Of a stretch of 64,000 nt of DNA, positions 18,773-29,085 are shown piece after piece. The DNA comes from Vampirovibrionales bacterium (GTDB lineage Bacteria; Cyanobacteriota; Vampirovibrionia; Vampirovibrionales; JAJTHC01): NCBI GenBank assembly GCA_046341215.1, contig JBKDRU010000005.1, positions 79,233 through 143,232 on the forward strand. Direction: 5' to 3'. A program made the translations under genes and the position numbers. Each line of letters starts with the position of its first letter. Position 1 is the first letter of the stretch. The notes under the pieces were generated by a model. It was not told the origin of the DNA. It did no database searches and was given only the letters and a program-made list of their open reading frames with translations.

Positions 18773-20133
18773 GACGCCACCTTCTTAGGAGCCACCGTCA
18801 CTTCAGGAGGGATGACTTCATCCGATGTTTCAACCACTTTTAAAATGGTTTTTTGCTTGACCATTTCAGGCGTAATATGCACCGTTTTTAGATCTTCACG
18901 ACTCGGAGCTTCATACATGAAGTCCAGCATGATTTCTTCGACGATCGAACGCAAGGCCCTTGCCCCTGTTTTACGCTTGGCGGCTTCTTGGGCAATGGCT
19001 TTTGCCGTGTCGTCATGGAAGCTTAGGGTGATATCATCCATGGCTAAGAGTTCTTGATACTGCTTGAACAAGGCACTCTTGGGTTCTCTCAAAATACGGA
19101 TCAATGCCTCTTCATCCAAGGGTTCTAAAATCGCTAAAATGGGGACTCGTCCTGTAAATTCAGGGATCAATCCGAATTTGACCAAATCATCAGGTTCGGT
19201 TTTCTTGAGCAATTTAGCATTTTCCAAATCACGTTCATACGCCGTTTTGGGAGCGGTCTTCGCTTCCCCCGCAAATCCGATTTTACTCGTCGCTTCGGCA
19301 CGACGCGCCACAATTTTTTCCAAACCATCAAACGCCCCTCCACAAATAAAGAGGATATTATGCGTATTAATTTGGATGAAATCTTGGTGTGGATGCTTCC
19401 TGCCCCCCTGCGGAGGCACATTGGCGGTGGTGCCTTCAATCATTTTCAGCAAGGCTTGTTGAACGCCTTCACCAGAAACGTCTCGGGTAATGCTGGGGTT
19501 TTCGCTTTTACGAGAAATCTTGTCAATCTCGTCAATGTAAATAATGCCTCGTTCCGCTTTGGCGGCATCATAATCAGCCGCTTGATATAAACGCAGCAAG
19601 ATGTTTTCCACATCATCGCCCACATAGCCGGCTTCCGTGAGCGTGGTGGCATCGGCAACGGCAAAAGGCACATCCAAGTATTTCGCCAATGTTTGAGCGA
19701 GCAAGGTTTTGCCGCTACCTGTAGGTCCAATCAACATAATGTTGGATTTAGAGATTTCTACTTCGGATTTTGCATCAGCATCTTGCTTTTGTTTGACGGC
19801 ATAGTTAATTCGTTTATAGTGATTGTAAACAGCCACAGACAAAATCTTCTTGGCTTCTTCTTGCCCAATGATATGCTCATCCAACAAAGCCTTCAATTCT
19901 TTAGGCGTGGGCAGGTTTTCAATCATGGTCAAGGCCGTTTCAGGGGCATTGGGGTCTTTTTGAACTGCATGAGCTTTGGCAAATTCAAGGAACTCTTCGG
20001 CTAAAATATCGTTGCACAATTCCACGCATTCATCGCAAATAAAGACTTCAGGCCCAGCAATGAGCTTTTTGACTTGGTCTTGCGTTTTACCGCAAAATGA
20101 ACATTTGAGTCGGGTTTCTTCAGATTTTGACAT
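18769..20133 (-). CDS. clpX: ATP-dependent Clp protease ATP-binding subunit ClpX
   Basis: The N-terminal C4 zinc finger (CSFCGK...CDEC), Walker A GPTGSGKT, Walker [10 protein letters not shown] and the GF pore-loop region are present. Confidence 0.95.
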   Translation of the reverse strand: MSKSEETRLKCSFCGKTQDQVKKLIAGPEVFICDECVELCNDILAEEFLEFAKAHAVQKDPNAPETALTMIENLPTPKELKALLDEHIIGQEEAKKILSVAVYNHYKRINYAVKQKQDADAKSEVEISKSNIMLIGPTGSGKTLLAQTLAKYLDVPFAVADATTLTEAGYVGDDVENILLRLYQAADYDAAKAERGIIYIDEIDKISRKSENPSITRDVSGEGVQQALLKMIEGTTANVPPQGGRKHPHQDFIQINTHNILFICGGAFDGLEKIVARRAEATSKIGFAGEAKTAPKTAYERDLENAKLLKKTEPDDLVKFGLIPEFTGRVPILAILEPLDEEALIRILREPKSALFKQYQELLAMDDITLSFHDDTAKAIAQEAAKRKTGARALRSIVEEIMLDFMYEAPSREDLKTVHITPEMVKQKTILKVVETSDEVIPPEVTVAPKKVAS

Positions 20134-20168
20134 GAGGTATGGAACTCCTGCTCCGTAAAACGATATTC

Positions 20169-20202
20169 AAAGACGGGAATTTGTTTCAAATTCCCGTCTT
20201 TG
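20169..20202 (-). promoter_or_regulatory. Stem-loop between clpP and clpX (putative attenuator)
   Basis: A perfect 12-bp inverted repeat GACGGGAATTTG/CAAATTCCCGTC with a 3-nt loop is present. Only a short U-run follows on the transcribed strand. Confidence 0.45.
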
Positions 20203-20253
20203 TTTGACTTGTACGGCTAAATTGCATCATAAAAGTCCTTCAATCAAGACGAC

Positions 20254-20865
20254 CTAAAGCTTGGTAATGACTTTGTCAATCATGCCGTAAGCAACAGCTT
20301 CTTCAGGGGTCATAAAGTAATCACGATCCGTGTCTTGCTCGATTTTTTGAATCGACTGCCCCGAATGTGAAGCCATCAACTGGTTTAAGGTACGCTTTAA
20401 ACGACCAATTTCAGCAGCTTGGATTTCAATATCAGAGGACTGCCCTTGAGCTCCGCCCCAAGGCTGGTGAATCATGATGCGAGCGTGAGGCAATGCCATA
20501 CGCTTGCCTTTTTCTCCGCCTGAAAGCAAGAAGGCACCCATCGAACAGGCTTGACCCAAGCAAATGGTCGAAACATTAGCACGCACATGCTTCATGGTAT
20601 CGTAAATCGCCAAACCAGCGGTAACACTACCACCAGGGGAATTGATGTAAAGCATAATATCTTTTTCAGGATTTTCGGAATCAAGCAAAAGAAGCTGAGC
20701 AATAATAACGTTAGCGACGTTGTCGTCCACGCCTGTGCCTAAGAAAATAATACGCTCACGCAATAAGCGAGAAAAAATATCAAACGAGCGTTCGCCACGA
20801 CTGGACTGCTCAATAACCATGGGAATTAGAGCCATTTGCTCTTGAAAGTTAGACATCATCATCAC
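20254..20865 (-). CDS. clpP: ATP-dependent Clp protease proteolytic subunit ClpP
   Basis: [24 protein letters not shown] and the catalytic Ser/His/Asp regions ([14 protein letters not shown]) are present. The mature protein probably starts near MALIPMV. Confidence 0.95.
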   Translation of the reverse strand: MMMMSNFQEQMALIPMVIEQSSRGERSFDIFSRLLRERIIFLGTGVDDNVANVIIAQLLLLDSENPEKDIMLYINSPGGSVTAGLAIYDTMKHVRANVSTICLGQACSMGAFLLSGGEKGKRMALPHARIMIHQPWGGAQGQSSDIEIQAAEIGRLKRTLNQLMASHSGQSIQKIEQDTDRDYFMTPEEAVAYGMIDKVITKL

Positions 20866-20999
20866 GATTTCGTCTCTCCTTAAATCTCTTCTAAAACGTT
20901 TAACGCCTTAATCCTAATACAAAGAACTCCATTATTGTAACAAATAATCAAAATTAAGGCGACGACTAAAGCATATCTCCCCTGCATAAAGGAACTACA

Positions 21000-22379
21000 C
21001 TATTCGGCAGATGTAGCCACTTCTTCCAAAGCGGGGGCTTCTACGGCTGTTTCAATCACGGCTTCTTTGGCTTCTACCCAAGTAAAGGTCGCTTTTTCAA
21101 GTAGGATGTTGACCACCTTTTGTGCCAAGAGTTGATCCAACAACGCTTGGCTACCATTGGGCTGATTGGACAATTGACGTAGAATCGAGCGTTCATCCGT
21201 ACCTTGAGCTTCGGCAATTTCCGCAATTTGCTGATTGAAGTCTTCTTCCGTGACGGTCACTTGATGCGCTTTCGCAATTTCAGCAAACGCCAAGCTTGTG
21301 GTGATGCGTTGAATCGCTTCATTCTTGAAGCTTTCAGTCATTTCTTCGGTGCGGTTTTGCAAGAACTCATTGAAGTTCAAGCCTTGCTGGCTAAAACGTT
21401 GACCCATATCTTCAATAATGGATTCCACTTCACGTTGAATCATGCCTTTGGGCAAGTCGATTTTAGTGGCTTGAACAAGGGCATCCACGACAGCGCGTTG
21501 TTTGCGGAAAGTTTCTTCACGCTCATTACGAGTTTCAATCGATTTAGCGACATGGGCTTTCACATCGGCGACCGTCTTAAAATCACCCAATTTAGGAGCC
21601 GTTTCATCCGTCAATTCAGGCGTTACATACTTTTTAATCGCATGAATTTTCGATTCAAAGCTCACGACCTGATCTGCCAACTTGGCATCAAAATAATCTT
21701 CAGGGAATTGAACGTCTATATTAAAGGCCACACCCACTTCTTTACCTGGCAATTGCATGGTGAAAGAATCTAAGAAGTTATTATTGCTCAAGTCAAGTTC
21801 GAATTCTTCGGCTTTACCGCCTGCAAATTCTTCGCCATTTAAACGACCTGTAAAATCTAAGACAATCACATCCGTGCCTTCAACCACCGTGCGATCCGTC
21901 ACCGTTTCAAGACTAGACACACGTTCTAAAAGGGCTTGAATTTCTTTTTCTTCAGCATCTGCAATAGGCGTCAATTTTTCAACTTCGACCGAAAGAGCTA
22001 AGCCTTCAGGCAAGTTTACCGTAGGGCGAATATCCACTTCAGCCACCAAACGAATGCCTTCTTGCAAGTTGAAGTCCAATTCCAACAAACGAGGCTGAGC
22101 CACGACATCAAGCTTCTGCTCACTAATCACATCCGCAAACACGTAAGGCAGGTAACGATCCAACGCTTCTTGCTTAATCACATCTTCACCCACGGTTTTT
22201 TCAATCATGCGAAGGGGCGCTTTGCCACGACGAAAGCCATGAATATTCACCCGTTGCCCTACACGGCGGCAGGCTTTATTAAACTCTTGCTGGGCTTGTT
22301 CAGCAGGCACATGAATCGTAAGTTTAACCGCAGACGATTCAATGGGTTGAAGTTCGACTTTCATTTTAATTCCTTCCAA
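21000..22379 (-). CDS. tig: Trigger factor
   Basis: It has a ribosome-binding N-domain with a GFRxGxxP-like motif (HGFRRGKAP), an FKBP-type PPIase middle domain and a C-terminal arm. It sits in the conserved tig-clpP-clpX order. Confidence 0.85.
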   Translation of the reverse strand: MEGIKMKVELQPIESSAVKLTIHVPAEQAQQEFNKACRRVGQRVNIHGFRRGKAPLRMIEKTVGEDVIKQEALDRYLPYVFADVISEQKLDVVAQPRLLELDFNLQEGIRLVAEVDIRPTVNLPEGLALSVEVEKLTPIADAEEKEIQALLERVSSLETVTDRTVVEGTDVIVLDFTGRLNGEEFAGGKAEEFELDLSNNNFLDSFTMQLPGKEVGVAFNIDVQFPEDYFDAKLADQVVSFESKIHAIKKYVTPELTDETAPKLGDFKTVADVKAHVAKSIETRNEREETFRKQRAVVDALVQATKIDLPKGMIQREVESIIEDMGQRFSQQGLNFNEFLQNRTEEMTESFKNEAIQRITTSLAFAEIAKAHQVTVTEEDFNQQIAEIAEAQGTDERSILRQLSNQPNGSQALLDQLLAQKVVNILLEKATFTWVEAKEAVIETAVEAPALEEVATSAE

Positions 22380-22519
22380 AGCGTGCAGGACGCATTAAAC
22401 AATAGATACTTTTATGAATAGCTTAGCACAAATACTTATTTTAGGGACAATTTTGTATTTGTTTGAATCATTTTTTTAGAAAAATGTTAAGCCCACTGAA
22501 AATAAAGTATAAAAAATAA

Positions 22520-22590
22520 GCGGGAGACGAGGCTCGAACTCGCGACATCTTCCTTGGCAAGGAAGCATTCTACCACTGAATTACTCCCGC
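22520..22590 (-). tRNA. tRNA-Gly (GCC)
   Basis: The reverse complement gives a 71-nt tRNA, GCGGGAGTAATTCAGTGGTAGAATGCTTCCTTGCCAAGGAAGATGTCGCGAGTTCGAGCCTCGTCTCCCGC. The anticodon loop is UUGCCAA and no CCA is encoded. A -35 TTGTCG / -10 TTATAT promoter lies immediately upstream on the minus strand. Confidence 0.9.
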
Positions 22591-22808
22591 TTATATAAGC
22601 GTTTTATTTAATTGTTCGACAACTATTGAATAAAAGTATTAAACTCTTTCAACATTTATTAGTCTATCTAATCAATCTAAATGTGCAAGCTTTTTTTAAA
22701 TGTTGACAAGAAAAGGTTTTGCAAAAGTATATTTGCCCCCTTCCTTTTAGGGGATGAGAGGGATTTTTGTAGAATGTTATTCAGTCGTTTAAGCGGTATG
22801 AAATCCGT

Positions 22809-23594
22809 TCACATTTTGACAAAAACGGTACCGTCCGTCTGTACTTGTCCCAAATAGATCTTATGATTATAACCACTTTGCTTGACCTTAATCATATCCC
22901 CAATGCCCCCATTTTGCATGGCTTGAGCATCCAATACCAAACGAATGGGGCGTGTACTTTGATGCACTTCTACCACCAATTTCACCGTCTGATTCATCAA
23001 AACCGCAGGGGGCGTCTTGACTTGAAATTTTGTAATCAACTGCCCCTTGCTTAAATTCGTGCGAGCTATGGTGGAAGTAGGTAAATCGCTCAAAAGTAAT
23101 TGGCTCACGTCTCGTAAATTGACCGTGCTGGTCGCCCGTTCCACTTTCCCGACCAAGCTTGCGCCAAACGGAATAGCTTCTTTTACCTGCCACCCCAAGA
23201 CCTGCTTTTGCAAAACCAAAGGCAAGACCAAAATCGTTTGACGATTGGACTGTGTGCCTTCTAACACAAGATTAACACTGCCGTAACCCTGTTGAAAAAC
23301 AGAAGTATCCACCCCACCATTCAAACTAAGGTTATACGCTTCCCCTGCCAGAAGTTCAAGCGAGCGAAACTTACGAGTCGCTGCCACGTTAATCCCTAGA
23401 ACAAAATCGCAGGTTTTAAGCCCTTTGGATTGACAATAGGCTTGTGTAGAAGCGTCGAGTAAAGGCTTGACCTTTTCTTGTAAGTGAGGGGCTTCCAACC
23501 ATTGTTCGGCACATGCGATGTTCGGAATTAGCCCCAAAAACGAGATAAAGACAATCCCTAGGATGTGGAAGGAAAAAAGGGACGGTCTGTTCAC
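22809..23594 (-). CDS. flgA: Flagellar basal-body P-ring formation protein FlgA
   Basis: An N-terminal signal peptide is present. The C-terminal SAF-like segment (GGIGDMIKVKQSGYNHKIYLGQVQTDGTVFV) is typical of FlgA. The gene is 15 bp downstream of flgG on the same strand. Confidence 0.6.
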   Translation of the reverse strand: MNRPSLFSFHILGIVFISFLGLIPNIACAEQWLEAPHLQEKVKPLLDASTQAYCQSKGLKTCDFVLGINVAATRKFRSLELLAGEAYNLSLNGGVDTSVFQQGYGSVNLVLEGTQSNRQTILVLPLVLQKQVLGWQVKEAIPFGASLVGKVERATSTVNLRDVSQLLLSDLPTSTIARTNLSKGQLITKFQVKTPPAVLMNQTVKLVVEVHQSTRPIRLVLDAQAMQNGGIGDMIKVKQSGYNHKIYLGQVQTDGTVFVKM

Positions 23595-23609
23595 AGTAAA
23601 ATCCCTAGC

Positions 23610-24398
23610 TTATACGATTTGGTTAATGGTTTGGAGCATTTGATCGCCCGCTTGCATGACTTTTGAGTTGGCTTCAAAAGCCCGTTGAGCGGTAATCAAA
23701 TTGATGAGTTCTTCAACAATCTGCACGTTAGAGTTTTCTAAGAAACCTTGCCCAATCGTCGTTCTGGCAAATTCGCCTTGACCCAACTGCCCGACAATCG
23801 GATCGCCTGAAGATGGCGTACGGGTATATAAGTTGCGCCCTTGGGCTTCAAGTCCCGCAGGGTTAGCAAAGCGAGCGAGCTGAATTTGACCGATTTCTTG
23901 GAAGTTACCCGTGGCATCGCGAATACTAACCGAGCCGTTCGCTCCAATGGTGACTTCGGTAGAATCTTGGGGAATCGTCATTTGAGGAATGAGAGGGTAG
24001 CCGTCTGTGGTCACGATGCTACCGTTGGCATCTCGTTTGAAGGAACCGTCTCGAGAATAGCCGATTTGCCCGTTGTCGAGCTGGATTTGGAAGAAGCCGT
24101 CGCCTTGAATCGCCATATCTAAGGGATTGGCGGTTTGAATAATCGGGCCGTTAATAAAGTCACGTTGCGTGGCAGAAATACGAGTCCCTAAGCCCACTTG
24201 TACGCCAACAGGGTCAATGGTGCCTTGGCTCCCTAATGAACCGGGCGATGAAAAGGTTTGGTTAATGAGATCTTGAAATTCAGCACGGGTTTTTTTATAG
24301 CCTGTGGTGTTGACATTTGAAACGTTGTTGGCGATAATATCCATGTTAAACTGTTGCGTCGTCGCACCAGTGGCGGCAGTGTATAGTGATCTTAACAT
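23610..24398 (-). CDS. flgG: Flagellar basal-body rod protein FlgG (distal rod)
   Basis: The N-terminal rod signature LYTAATGATTQQFNMDIIANNVSNVNTTGYKK and the C-terminal rod domain are present in a 262-aa protein. Confidence 0.8.
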   Translation of the reverse strand: MLRSLYTAATGATTQQFNMDIIANNVSNVNTTGYKKTRAEFQDLINQTFSSPGSLGSQGTIDPVGVQVGLGTRISATQRDFINGPIIQTANPLDMAIQGDGFFQIQLDNGQIGYSRDGSFKRDANGSIVTTDGYPLIPQMTIPQDSTEVTIGANGSVSIRDATGNFQEIGQIQLARFANPAGLEAQGRNLYTRTPSSGDPIVGQLGQGEFARTTIGQGFLENSNVQIVEELINLITAQRAFEANSKVMQAGDQMLQTINQIV

Positions 24399-24596
24399 TT
24401 AGATTGTCTCTCTCTTAAATCATTCGTTACAGTGAACTATTTTAAAAAAATAAAGAAAAGGTTCTTGATTGATATTTTGACGTTTTTAAAGAAGTAAGAA
24501 CTTAAATAGAATCGTTCTTTTGTAGTATGACGAATTTGTTGAGGCTCTACCATAATCTAAAGGTTTATAACTATAAATAATGAAAGAACAGAACCT

Positions 24597-25517
24597 TTGA
24601 AACTATTTCAGGTATTACTCCCTTTTCGACAACAAAAACCTGAAATATACCATATCCCTCCCCCTAATTCTAAAGTGCGTAAAGTTCTAGAACATTGCCC
24701 TAGAGGTCACTTAAGTGGTGAAGGATTAATGCACTATTGGGTAGTACTTTCAGTCGACCGTTTTGTTAAAGCCATCCCCAATACTGCAAGAGGTGCTAGA
24801 GAAGCAAAGCTTAATAATGAAATTTATGACCGTTTTGTAAAAGCAGGGCTTCAAAAGCACATTCCTGAACTATATTCCTATTCTTCTTTTCCAGCAGATC
24901 CAAAAAGAAAATTACCTCGCTCATTGAAACATAATGTTATTCTGCTTGAATTTGAAAGTATTGACGGGAAATCATTAAGCCAGCTGAGACGAAAAGGCGT
25001 TTATTCACATGAAGATATTAACACCCTATTAAACGAGGAAATTGCCCCCATGTTGTTTGAAGTCTATAAAAAAACGGGCTATATTTTCTTTGATAGGAAT
25101 TCGGGGAACTTCATGGAATCGACTAATAAAAAGGGGGGGAAAGTCATTACGATGGTTGATTTTACCCCTTGTTTTGTCAAAGACTTAAGCAAGATGACAC
25201 TGAGGCAGATTTTCAGTAAAGAAGTCATGGGTGCAAAGCTTTTAAAAGAATTAACAACCCACGAAAAAGCCCTATTAAAACAGCATGAGAATGTGACGTG
25301 GGACGCCTTGCAAAAAGCAACAGAGCCCATTGAAGGGTTGGACGACCAAACGCTCAAAGCTTGGGTCGATTCAAAAATAGAATCTCGTATTGCGGAACAT
25401 CTTGCACATGAACATCACCGAAATCAATATGATTGGCGAGCCGTATTAAAAAAAACGTCCATACGATTCGGCTTTAATCGGTGGATGGTATCACTCTTGC
25501 ATGCTCTAAAAAAATAA
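24597..25517 (+). CDS. Atypical protein-kinase-like fold ORFan (hypothetical)
   Basis: A catalytic-loop-like FFDRNSGNF (D-x4-N), a DFG-like VDFTP and a VAIK-like FVKAI are present. The start is uncertain: TTG at 24597, or ATG at 24729 preceded by a GAAGGA ribosome-binding site. The gene looks AT-rich by eye. Confidence 0.3.
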   Translation: MKLFQVLLPFRQQKPEIYHIPPPNSKVRKVLEHCPRGHLSGEGLMHYWVVLSVDRFVKAIPNTARGAREAKLNNEIYDRFVKAGLQKHIPELYSYSSFPADPKRKLPRSLKHNVILLEFESIDGKSLSQLRRKGVYSHEDINTLLNEEIAPMLFEVYKKTGYIFFDRNSGNFMESTNKKGGKVITMVDFTPCFVKDLSKMTLRQIFSKEVMGAKLLKELTTHEKALLKQHENVTWDALQKATEPIEGLDDQTLKAWVDSKIESRIAEHLAHEHHRNQYDWRAVLKKTSIRFGFNRWMVSLLHALKK

Positions 25518-25546
25518 AGGCTCTACCATTAAACCCAAGATCTACT

Positions 25547-27415
25547 CTACTTTGTGGTAGCGTTAGATGAAGTTTCTTCAGGCTTTGGCGGAGCATCCTT
25601 CGCTTTTTTGAAACGATATTCGGTTTCGGTGACCACTTGATTCAACCATACAGGGAAAAAGCCAATAACCGCAGCCACTAAAACGTAACCAATCGAATCG
25701 ATAGGGGATCTCATATTACGTGCCGATTCAGATAAAATACGACGAACCTCTAAGGATTCAAGCGTTGGGAGCTTCAACGTCTTCTTGACCCAATCTAAAG
25801 CAGGTAAGGGTACCTTCGTGCCTAAAAAGTTAAACGACGCTTTTAAGTGCTTTGCCCCATCGCTTTGAAGGCGTTTAATTGTGGCATCCAAGGCATCGAC
25901 TTCTTTCATCGCACTGGCAGAATACGTATACATGGCTTTAAAGTGCTTTAAAACGCCTTGTCCATGTGAAGAATTTAAGACATCCAACACGTTTTGACCT
26001 GCTCTTAAGGCAGCCACGCTATCTTCTAATTGAGTAAAATGCTCATTTTTCAGGGTATTAAAGACTTGCGAATAGCTTAGCGCTTTACCGTCTTTGGATT
26101 TAGGATGGGTGGCCATGACTTTTTGGGTGCAGACATCGATAAAATGTTGATAGTTCAGGGCTTTGTCTGCCATGAGGTTAAAGGCAGTGATGTCACCTTT
26201 TTGCATAGCCAAATCTAAATGCCCTTTGAAAGTGGCGTAATCAGGGGTTTGTGTCGCTGCTTTTAAATAGGCTTTTTCTTTAGGAAGTTCCCCAAGCAAG
26301 GCTTCTTCTTGAATCTTTTTGTGAAGACCTTGAAGATCATCGGCGACGATTTCTTTTAAGGCCTTAAGCGTGATGTGTTCTACCGCAAAGTCTTTGTCTA
26401 AACCCTTGAGTTCAAATAAGCGACGAATCAAGGTATCGGGATCCGTATTAAGGGTGGCACGACGCATCGTCTTCGTTCCTTGTTCAAGGGAAAGCTCGTT
26501 AATCGCATCGTAGAAATGGGTGCTTAAATGTGTTTTTGCGGTGCCTACGTCTTGCGTATGAGCAATCATTTTACGCCCCCCACTATGAAGCGCATCGATC
26601 ATTTGAAGCATAAAGCGAGCCTTTGCTTTTTCATCCATCGACGCTTGGGGATTGTTCAATGTTTTCAAAAATCGCGTCGTTTCCGTTTGCCAAAGCGGGT
26701 AAGCTTGAAGGTAATCTTCCATAGGTTTGGCTAAATTACTATTCGCTTTATGCATGGCTGCAAGTTTAGCCAACGTTTCTGGTGCATTGGGGGTAAGGTT
26801 ATAAATTTCTTTAATTTGCTGATAAGTAATCGAATGAACTGGCTTACGAGGGTTTAAGCTTCCGTGCATGAGCATTAGATTGGTATGCTTAGGGCTTTTA
26901 CCTAAGCTGAATAAGGTGCCGTCTTTTTGTTTTTTAGCCAGCATCGCATGCTTAACAGGCTCTAACGCAAACAAGAACAGTGAAATAGACAACACATCCC
27001 GAATAAGCACATCTCGAATTGCACGGTAATCACGCCCTTCAGCTATACCGTCATTATCTTCATCGATTTCAGGCGCTCTGAGGTATTCAGAATGCATACG
27101 AGCAGGCATCATCGAACCAAAGAACATTAAAATCATGAAGCTCAAAGGCAACCTGGGAATAATTACCCCAAAGAGTTCAGGTGTTTTTTCAAATTTGGCA
27201 AATTCCACACTGTCCGTGAGTAGGGACGTCATTTTTGCAGTAGTCATTTGCACCGCTTTCGATGCTGGGTTGGATGTATTTCGAGCCTGAGCATTTAGGC
27301 GATCCGAAAAGTTCTTGCCTTTAATAGGAATACTTTTCACGTCATGGTAATAAAAGTGATTCAGGGCATCCACAAAGCCATTATTGTTGTAAGGGGATTT
27401 ATTAGACATCATCAT
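25547..27415 (-). CDS. Large hypothetical membrane-associated protein (622 aa), second gene of a two-gene operon
   Basis: The start is MMMSNKSPYNNNG, which is Ser/Asn-rich. Hydrophobic segments lie near residues 85-105 and 575-595. Its ATG overlaps the stop of the upstream gene (ATGA). Confidence 0.6.
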   Translation of the reverse strand: MMMSNKSPYNNNGFVDALNHFYYHDVKSIPIKGKNFSDRLNAQARNTSNPASKAVQMTTAKMTSLLTDSVEFAKFEKTPELFGVIIPRLPLSFMILMFFGSMMPARMHSEYLRAPEIDEDNDGIAEGRDYRAIRDVLIRDVLSISLFLFALEPVKHAMLAKKQKDGTLFSLGKSPKHTNLMLMHGSLNPRKPVHSITYQQIKEIYNLTPNAPETLAKLAAMHKANSNLAKPMEDYLQAYPLWQTETTRFLKTLNNPQASMDEKAKARFMLQMIDALHSGGRKMIAHTQDVGTAKTHLSTHFYDAINELSLEQGTKTMRRATLNTDPDTLIRRLFELKGLDKDFAVEHITLKALKEIVADDLQGLHKKIQEEALLGELPKEKAYLKAATQTPDYATFKGHLDLAMQKGDITAFNLMADKALNYQHFIDVCTQKVMATHPKSKDGKALSYSQVFNTLKNEHFTQLEDSVAALRAGQNVLDVLNSSHGQGVLKHFKAMYTYSASAMKEVDALDATIKRLQSDGAKHLKASFNFLGTKVPLPALDWVKKTLKLPTLESLEVRRILSESARNMRSPIDSIGYVLVAAVIGFFPVWLNQVVTETEYRFKKAKDAPPKPEETSSNATTK

Positions 27416-29085
27416 GACACCTTATCCTCCCCCACTGGTTTTGAAGCAGATGCTTTCAAGTGCTGGCGAATGGCGGCTTGCTTACTCAAAGGCAAGCCTT
27501 CCGTGGGTACAGGGGCTTGCGTATTTTTTTCATGGGGTTTGGCTTTGTTGAGCGTGACTAAGCGGTTGGCGGGGTATTCTCGTCCTCTTTGAATCGCATG
27601 AGACAAGTACCACATCCAGCCCAGCATCCACATCAAAGAACCTAGTGTAATGAAGGCTTTGGTGGCTTTTGCGGTATTGAAAGATTGAGCAAGGGCCTCC
27701 CTGAAATCACCCTTACCTGCTTTAGCAAAGAAATTACGTAAGCCTGCCACCATTAAATCACGTCCCTGGTCCATACCACGTAAATGATATAAGAAAGCCT
27801 TTTGAGTAGTTCCCTTACCCTGCATGGTATTCAGATGGATCATTTGCTTTTTCATACGTGTATTTGGGGAATGAATGGCGTTCGCCTTCAAAGCCGTGTG
27901 TTCTGCAATGTTATACAACGCTTGCATTTTAGCGGTTAACAGGGTATGTTCTTCACGACGTGTCTTATTAAAGAAAATAGAACCTGAACCATGTTCAACA
28001 TCAAACGCTAACAACTTGCCTTGAACATCAGCTATTTCTTTTATGACTTGATCCAAGGTCACATCTTTTAAGCTAAGTAGTGAATTGTTGTTGAGTTTGG
28101 TATGACTATTTAAAGACGCTTTTAATCCAAAAAGCTCGTCGTCTTTTAAGCCTTTTTTCAGGCTGTTTAAATGCCCATTACTCAGATGATAATAGGGATT
28201 GATCAAAGTATTGCCATGAAATTCGATCGCTACTTTTTCTTGACGCTTTAGATCAGGAATGCCTTCAAAAACACGTTCCACATAGCCTTTGCCGAAGGCT
28301 TCTAAGTTTTTTCGATCTTGGGGGTTAGTCGGCCGAATGGGTGTTTCAGTCAAAAACTGTTGCACATTTTGATGTTCTTGCGTCAGTTCGCTTTCAGACA
28401 TCTGCAAGGAACGACGCCCTGTCCAGCTTAAAAACTTGTTACGACTGAGTAGAGGCACTAGACCAAACACCAAGGCAGGCACCAGCAAGGAACCTGGGGC
28501 CGCTTGTACTTCTCTCATTATTTCTTCACCCAAGTTCGCCCAATTGGCATTTTGGGATTTTTTGCAGCGAATATAAATCCACTTATTTAAGCCTTTGCGT
28601 TGTTGGGCTTCAGGGTCTTTTTCAGGGTCATAAGGCACGGCCCCTCGTTGTAAAGAACGTGAAATACGAGGAAACCCCATACCCACAAAGTCTAAAATCG
28701 TAAAATCCCAAAAGAATTGTGAATCAATTTTAGATGCCAAATTTGCCGCTAGTACTGGATTCAATGTGGACGCATACCCTACTGCTGCTAAAGTCAGCAG
28801 TTCAGGCGAAATTTCAAATTTGGCTTCTTCGTGCTTCTTTTTTCGTCGCTTGAAGGGGTTGAGTCGCTGTGCTAAAGAAGTTTTTTCGGTGGCTTTCCCT
28901 TCCATTTCAGTGGCTGGAGTGGGTAAGGAAGGCTGGGTTTCGAAGGCATCGTGAGTAGGGAATTCTTCTATCATCATATTAGTTAAAGAAGGCGTGGATG
29001 CCTTTCGCCTTTGCGGCTCGTCTTGTTCAGCTTTGAGCTTTGCAAGTGTATGATAATAAAGAGACGACTGTTTAATGGACATCAT
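27412..29085 (-). CDS. Large hypothetical membrane-associated protein (~557 aa), first gene of the operon
   Basis: The frame opens at a TTG at 29097 and the likely start is ATGATG at 29085. There are two hydrophobic segments and no recognisable domain. Confidence 0.55.
   Translation of the reverse strand: MMSIKQSSLYYHTLAKLKAEQDEPQRRKASTPSLTNMMIEEFPTHDAFETQPSLPTPATEMEGKATEKTSLAQRLNPFKRRKKKHEEAKFEISPELLTLAAVGYASTLNPVLAANLASKIDSQFFWDFTILDFVGMGFPRISRSLQRGAVPYDPEKDPEAQQRKGLNKWIYIRCKKSQNANWANLGEEIMREVQAAPGSLLVPALVFGLVPLLSRNKFLSWTGRRSLQMSESELTQEHQNVQQFLTETPIRPTNPQDRKNLEAFGKGYVERVFEGIPDLKRQEKVAIEFHGNTLINPYYHLSNGHLNSLKKGLKDDELFGLKASLNSHTKLNNNSLLSLKDVTLDQVIKEIADVQGKLLAFDVEHGSGSIFFNKTRREEHTLLTAKMQALYNIAEHTALKANAIHSPNTRMKKQMIHLNTMQGKGTTQKAFLYHLRGMDQGRDLMVAGLRNFFAKAGKGDFREALAQSFNTAKATKAFITLGSLMWMLGWMWYLSHAIQRGREYPANRLVTLNKAKPHEKNTQAPVPTEGLPLSKQAAIRQHLKASASKPVGEDKVS

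Noticed and set aside
24597-24728. Kinase-like ORFan start at TTG 24597 as given in the ORF track
   Set aside because: This is not fully rejected. The first in-frame ATG at 24729 has a much better ribosome-binding site (GAAGGA). The N-terminal 44 aa of the track ORF may be untranslated, so the start is reported as uncertain.
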